Of a stretch of DNA of 64,000 nt, positions 60,001 to 64,000 are shown piece by piece. A program made the translations under genes and the position numbers. This DNA comes from Candidatus Omnitrophota bacterium. Its GTDB lineage: Bacteria > Omnitrophota > Omnitrophia > Omnitrophales > Aquincolibacteriaceae. The stretch is from NCBI GenBank assembly GCA_016930235.1, contig JAFGHI010000021.1:56810-120809 (forward strand), read 5' to 3'. The notes below the pieces were generated by a model that saw nothing but the letters and a program-made list of their open reading frames with translations, was not told the DNA's origin and did no database searches. Within the stretch, counting starts at the first letter, position 1; every line of letters starts with the position of its first letter.

Positions 60001-60229
60001 ATCCCGAAACCGATCCTACGGATTCTTCAATGGGTTTTGTGATCAGCTGTTCGATTTCTTCGGGTGCGGCATTAACGTAATCAGTGACAACTGTGACCTG
60101 AGGAAAAGTAATGGGAGGAAAGAGTTCCTGAGGCAATCGGGTAAAGGAAATAAACCCAACGACGATCAATCCCAAAGTGACCATCACCACAGTCACTTTT
60201 TTGCGTATTGCGTATTCGGGTAACGTCAT
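57008..60229 (-). CDS. RND transporter permease subunit 1
   Basis: APEEIEQLITKPIE, GMIVDTSIVVLEN, VVNNGIVL, RTRPILMS. Confidence 0.92.
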   Translation of the reverse strand: MTLPEYAIRKKVTVVMVTLGLIVVGFISFTRLPQELFPPITFPQVTVVTDYVNAAPEEIEQLITKPIEESVGSVSGLKRIESVSREGRSTIVVSFNWGQDIDFAALAVREKIDLIKERLPKEAEDPVILKFDPLARPIMILSVTGKDLEPIRLKLLSEKMLKDNLEKVEGVASATISGGVDREILVEIDQGRLMANHLSLLDVIDSIDESNISYPAGSIKKGLYEYLIRTVGEFRSVKEIGYAVVGADVVEELRRQDTSFVEKGGQRGPRATIDGERADLAEQLLEKRLVLTRDIANIIDGFAEKTSISRFNGKENLSISIQKQAGANTIEVVDRLKKELEFLKEDVESRGLRYDIIYDHSTFIRQSLRNLFNEALAGGFLAFIILFLFLRSTYASLLVTVSIPITIMGVFFMMGVSGITLNIMSLGGLALAVGMIVDTSIVVLENIYRRHQLGDGVEQGAIYGAQEVMWAVIASNLTTIAVFFPLILFVPGILGQITKDLSLTVIFALVIAIIIPLTLVVMLSTYLKMQAKHYRPIPWAGILERNFLQGASRAKQNRFIWMVFLAVIGLCAIIFVIYPTLDREVLPKVDQGQFLVKVDMPIGTRLEITNGICKKIEDYLHTLKDVQDVATTIGSEKTSRGEVKIETLRPSQALILVSLKKDRKKSSSEIVQSIWGHVKDLDLEKATVDFIVQESEFQEFAKAGATKPIVVEVKGYDFDTMSDLVDRIEKKLASISGVMNIQDNIGEPSPETKLEIDKRRAALYGISALDISLTAKAAIDGVVATEYREGGKEIDVRVRLSEKDRENLDNINDLLLYSQVLDAFIPIKEVAQVQRGLGPSEIRRMDQERTVIVEADILKSKKTKDVLANVQDILKTIDVPQDFQVVLSGKAREIKESFAMVTFAFALSIMLVYMIMASLFESFVQPLIIMITVPLAFFGVAIALWLTGTSLNIISFIGIIVLGGVVVNNGIVLIEYINQLREEGMELAEATVQAAKIRTRPILMSALTTVVALIPLAMGFGEGAELRRPLAITVMGGLLSATFLTLIVVPCLYIFVVRLTERILGSDDEEEMV

Positions 60230-60232
60230 GCA

Positions 60233-61588
60233 CTAGAGTTCGGCTTCTTGAGTTTCGAGGAGGCGTATCTTCTTGCCGTCTTCAAGCCGTTCGATGGCAG
60301 ATACTGCAACAATCTCTCCTTCCGAAACACCTGCGTCAATTTGTGTATAGTCGGGGCGAGTATAACCCACGGCGACAGCCCGTTTCTCAACAGTCCCTTT
60401 TTCGGGTTGAATTACATAAACGAATTGCTCACCTTCGCCGCCTTGAACAGCATCCGTAGGAAGAACTAAAGTGTTCTTCTTGCTGTAAAGGAGGATGCGG
60501 ATGCGGGCAAACATTCCAGGAAGCAAAAGACGGTCCGGATTTTCAACCCGGACTCTTGCTGTTGCGGTACGGCTCGAACCGGCGACAACCGGAGCAATAT
60601 TTTCAATAACACCTTCAAAAGTTCGATTGGGGTAGGCATCGATAAAGACCCGGGCTTTTTGTCCCAAAGCAATTTTATTGACATCGCGTTCGACCACTCC
60701 AAATTCTGCGTAAACATATTCCGTCATGATATGGGTGCCCAGAAGGGTATTCTGACTGATAGTTTCCCCCTCTTCAACATTCAGATCTCCGAGCATACCC
60801 GCAGAAGGCGCATAGAGATTGGACTTTTCAAGCATCGACTCATGCGCCTTCACTTCCAAACGAGCAGCCTCCGATTCATATTTCGCAGAATCCAATTCGA
60901 TCTTGACCTTATCTAAAGTTGTCTCGGGAATCGCCCCCATCGAAAAAAGTTTCTCGTGTTCTCCTACTTTTTCCGCAGCAAGTTGAACCTGCGTTTCCGC
61001 TTTATTCAATTGAGCCTGTGCTCGTTTTAAACGCAAAAGAATATCGTCCTGACGAAGAGAGATTAAAAGAGCCCCTTCCTCATAACGTTCCCCCTCGCGA
61101 TAATTAATGGAACTGACAACCCCGGGGATTTCAAAACTCAGTTTGAATTCAACGGCCCCCTTGACGGTCCCGAGGGCATTGAGAGAATCTTCATAATTAA
61201 ACCTTCCGACTTTAAAACCTTTCACCGCAACAGGTGCGTCCTTCGTCGGTCCTTCCTGGGCAATCATCTGTTCAAGCGATGCATGATCTCCGCCTCCAAA
61301 AAAGCAGCTTTTGATCACAAAAAATCCGACGACGATAACAACTAAAATAAGGACTTTCCCTAGATGACGGCCCATTCCACCTTCATCAGCGCCATCAGGA
61401 GGTTCAATACCAATTCCGTGATCATCCCCAGCACCCTCGCGGGCTTTCTGTACGGATTCCGCTCCCTTTTGAAAAAGATTCTGGAACCTTTTCCCTAAAT
61501 TCCTTTTTCTAGGTTCCGAAGTCCCCGGATCTTGGGATCCCGGGGTTTCAGGGGTCTCTGGGCTATTTGGCGTTTCGTTAGGATCCAT
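60233..61588 (-). CDS. RND membrane fusion protein (periplasmic adaptor)
   Basis: TM anchor, lipoyl/hairpin pattern, YAPSAG, NPDRLLLPGMFAR; start likely MDPNE. Confidence 0.88.
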   Translation of the reverse strand: MDPNETPNSPETPETPGSQDPGTSEPRKRNLGKRFQNLFQKGAESVQKAREGAGDDHGIGIEPPDGADEGGMGRHLGKVLILVVIVVGFFVIKSCFFGGGDHASLEQMIAQEGPTKDAPVAVKGFKVGRFNYEDSLNALGTVKGAVEFKLSFEIPGVVSSINYREGERYEEGALLISLRQDDILLRLKRAQAQLNKAETQVQLAAEKVGEHEKLFSMGAIPETTLDKVKIELDSAKYESEAARLEVKAHESMLEKSNLYAPSAGMLGDLNVEEGETISQNTLLGTHIMTEYVYAEFGVVERDVNKIALGQKARVFIDAYPNRTFEGVIENIAPVVAGSSRTATARVRVENPDRLLLPGMFARIRILLYSKKNTLVLPTDAVQGGEGEQFVYVIQPEKGTVEKRAVAVGYTRPDYTQIDAGVSEGEIVAVSAIERLEDGKKIRLLETQEAEL

Positions 61589-63245
61589 ATTTCTCCTCAA
61601 TATCGAAATAATCTCGAATTCCAATGGCGTGATTTAATTCTGCCTTGGCTGAAAAGTAATCTGCAAGGGCCCGGTGCAAAGCCGTTTTTTCTTGCAAAAG
61701 ATCAATTTCGTTTTCTAAATATTCCGAAATTTCAACTTCGTTTTGTCCCAAGCGATGGGCCGCTAAACGGGTTAATCGAGCCCGGTAATCAACCCTCTGA
61801 AGAGTCGATTGCACTTGGATCTTGGCCTTTTCAAAATCATAATAAGACTGTTTGACACTTCGGACAACTTCTTTTTCAGCCTGCTCGAGGGCAATGACCT
61901 GATCCAAACGGGAAACTTCGGCCTCCTTTGCCTCAGCAATCTTATTTAATCCGTCCAAAACGCCCACTCGTACAGTGTTACTGGTTGTCTGAGAAGGGGT
62001 CCCCCTGGCAAATTGGGAGATAGAAGGCCCCCTCTCATCATTTTCGAACTGATATTTAATATTGCTGCCTGCGGCATTCCATCTCAATTCAAGAAAAAGC
62101 CGGAATTCCTTAAATAAAGGGGGTTCATTGGAGACAAAATCAAAGGCCTCTCCCATTTTCCCAAGTTCCAGGGTAATATCGGCTTGAGGGATCATTTCCC
62201 CCCAGCGAATCTTTTCCTCTAAACGGGCACTCTCCAATTTAGAGGCCTCGACTTGAAGTTCAGCACGATTACGGTAGGCTAAATCAACTAATTCCACTAA
62301 TTTCGGGCCCGAAATATCCTTTTCATACTGTGTCGGGAATTCTTCGTACGTTTCAAGAGCACTATCCGAAGCCGTTATGTCATCCTCGACAAGGGAACCC
62401 ACCTCATAAAGAGGAGAAATCCGAAGCGGATCATGATCCTGAACATTCAAGAATCTCTGCAACTCAAGTTTGGCAAGTTCCAGCTCCTGCTTGGCTGTTT
62501 CAAAATCATATTGCAGCTGATTAAATAAAGACTGGACATTCAGATGTTCGATTTCTGAAATCAACTTGCTTTTATGTTTTTCATTAGAAATACCCGCAAA
62601 ACGGCTCATCTTATCCCTAACTTCTTTTGCATCATGAACAACTTGCAGGGCACGATTATATTCAAAATAGGCAATGGAAACGTCTTTGACAAGGTCCTCG
62701 ATAATTCCCTGATATTCCTTTTGAGATGCTTCGAGTTCTGCTTTTTCTTGAAGAAAAGTGTGCCATAGAATCCCGCCGCGAAAAATTGGCTGTGTCATCG
62801 TTAATCTATAGCTATTGGAGTTCGTCGGCGAACCGGAAAGAACGCCGTCGCTGATGTTGAATTCGAAATTGGCTTCGGGAAACAAATTCCGAAGCGCCAC
62901 CAAAATACGGCGTCTCGCCAAAGAAATCCTTTCGCGAGCCACTTTAACTGAATTATCAATATCCAGTGCTCTCGCCACTAAATCCTTAAGCTTCCTCTCG
63001 GGGCCCGAGACAAAAACCTGCCTTTTCTCAAGATTCTTGCGGCTGATCTCCGACTTCACATAGCCTTTATCCAAATAAGGCATCTTGTCATAGCGTTGTT
63101 GTCGCAATGTCTGGACTTGATCCTGCATAGATTGTTTGACGATCACCTGCTGAGAGGATCCCACTTCGCTGGCTGCCATCCCTGCAGACGGACAAATCAG
63201 GAAGACAATAAGAATCAACAATAAGGATTGAGCTTGCCGTCGCAT
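61578..63245 (-). CDS. TolC-family outer membrane channel
   Basis: Signal peptide, TQPIFRGG, helical repeats, AELNHAIG C-terminus; first gene of the MFP-RND-RND operon. Confidence 0.8.
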   Translation of the reverse strand: MRRQAQSLLLILIVFLICPSAGMAASEVGSSQQVIVKQSMQDQVQTLRQQRYDKMPYLDKGYVKSEISRKNLEKRQVFVSGPERKLKDLVARALDIDNSVKVARERISLARRRILVALRNLFPEANFEFNISDGVLSGSPTNSNSYRLTMTQPIFRGGILWHTFLQEKAELEASQKEYQGIIEDLVKDVSIAYFEYNRALQVVHDAKEVRDKMSRFAGISNEKHKSKLISEIEHLNVQSLFNQLQYDFETAKQELELAKLELQRFLNVQDHDPLRISPLYEVGSLVEDDITASDSALETYEEFPTQYEKDISGPKLVELVDLAYRNRAELQVEASKLESARLEEKIRWGEMIPQADITLELGKMGEAFDFVSNEPPLFKEFRLFLELRWNAAGSNIKYQFENDERGPSISQFARGTPSQTTSNTVRVGVLDGLNKIAEAKEAEVSRLDQVIALEQAEKEVVRSVKQSYYDFEKAKIQVQSTLQRVDYRARLTRLAAHRLGQNEVEISEYLENEIDLLQEKTALHRALADYFSAKAELNHAIGIRDYFDIEEKYGS

Positions 63246-63410
63246 TGAATATTGACCTTATTTATTTGTATACGCAATCACAAGTTCTTTTGAAAGTCTA
63301 AGCCTTAACGGTATTGAAAAGATTTATTAAGGAGCCTTCTCAAGACAGACGCAGAGCTCGGCCCCTCTTTTGTCTCTTATTTATCGGCTAACATCAAGCA
63401 AGGCTTAAAC

Positions 63411-64000
63411 TTAAAGAAAGGAAGGTGCCGTTACTAGGGATAGGACAGCTTCGCGGTACCTAGGATTAACCCAATTGTGTTTTAACATACCATGAAAGAA
63501 AAGGCTTTCCCCTTCCCTCAATAAAATTTTCTTCTCTTCAATCTCCACTTCAACACGGCCTACCAATACCGAAATATGGAATGGGTAGTGATGATCCAAG
63601 AAAGAGCCATCCATTTTCCTTTTCGGCCCAAGGATCACCTTCCCACAGAAGAAATCCTTCACAAAGGGCGTAAATGAAATAATCTTGATCCCCATCTTAT
63701 GAAAGTCCATTTGGCAAAAACCTTTCTGAGTCCCTTGATAAAGAAAATGAGGGGCCTGCATTTCGGCTTCATAAAATAAGCGCCCGAGCGGGAGCCTAAG
63801 CCCCTCAGAAATAACTTGTAAAATCCTGATGGAGGGATTCCGAATCCTCCCTTTTTCAATCGCAGTCAAGGTCCTAGGATCCAACCCTTTGGCCTTTCGG
63901 CAAAGCTCGATTCCCGACAACCCCTTTGCTTGACGTAAAGCACGAATCGTCACCCCCAAATTGAGATGGGGTTTTGAATCCCGGAGATTCTCTTTGAACT
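63411..64000 (-). CDS. XRE-family HTH regulator with cupin domain (5' end probably outside window)
   Basis: IRALRQAKGLS...IEKGRIRNPS HTH; LREGESLFF...H.WVN cupin; frame stays open to the window edge. Confidence 0.82.
   Translation of the reverse strand, partial: FKENLRDSKPHLNLGVTIRALRQAKGLSGIELCRKAKGLDPRTLTAIEKGRIRNPSIRILQVISEGLRLPLGRLFYEAEMQAPHFLYQGTQKGFCQMDFHKMGIKIISFTPFVKDFFCGKVILGPKRKMDGSFLDHHYPFHISVLVGRVEVEIEEKKILLREGESLFFHGMLKHNWVNPRYREAVLSLVTAPSFL

Noticed and set aside
222-63859. Numerous 60-230 aa ORFs antisense or out of frame within confident genes
   Set aside because: No motifs, and they are contained within well-supported CDSs; treated as shadow ORFs

Overview
Bacterial chromosomal window with about 55 genes, most on the minus strand. 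Gene order and content suggest an uncultured PVC-type organism such as Omnitrophota, but this is inference only. Left (1-21.6 kb): lgt, a metallophosphoesterase, yidD, a DksA-family gene, an unannotated rpmG, Fe-SOD, gpmA, a B12-radical SAM enzyme, a very basic GCS2-ligase/peptidase-C26 pair, fba, glgA, an unannotated 49-aa secreted peptide behind a lone RND transporter, a DPS-like ferritin, a beta-carbonic anhydrase and an acyltransferase/SGNH cluster. Middle (21.7-34.5 kb): a tRNA-Asn(GTT) followed downstream by three gene blocks: an Ehr/Hyf-like complex without NiFe ligands, a P-type ATPase plus PsiE, and a DUF4238 gene. The blocks are separated by a repeated junction made of a conserved core GACTTTCGCAACTGG, a degenerate tRNA 3' end and a terminator hairpin that in two cases embeds a sigma70-like promoter. 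No integrase gene is present. This looks like a serially accreted, integrase-less, tRNA-anchored cassette array and is the most interesting signal in the window. Right (34.8-64 kb): sigma54-type amtB-glnK, a 94-bp palindrome, a histidine kinase, RsbW-STAS-mlaEFD, ftsK, the nusA-infB-rbfA-nrnA-truB-ribF-rpsO-pnp-dut cluster (no rimP), a TolC-MFP-dual-RND operon and a partial XRE-cupin regulator. No database searches were run; all family calls rest on motifs recognised by eye.
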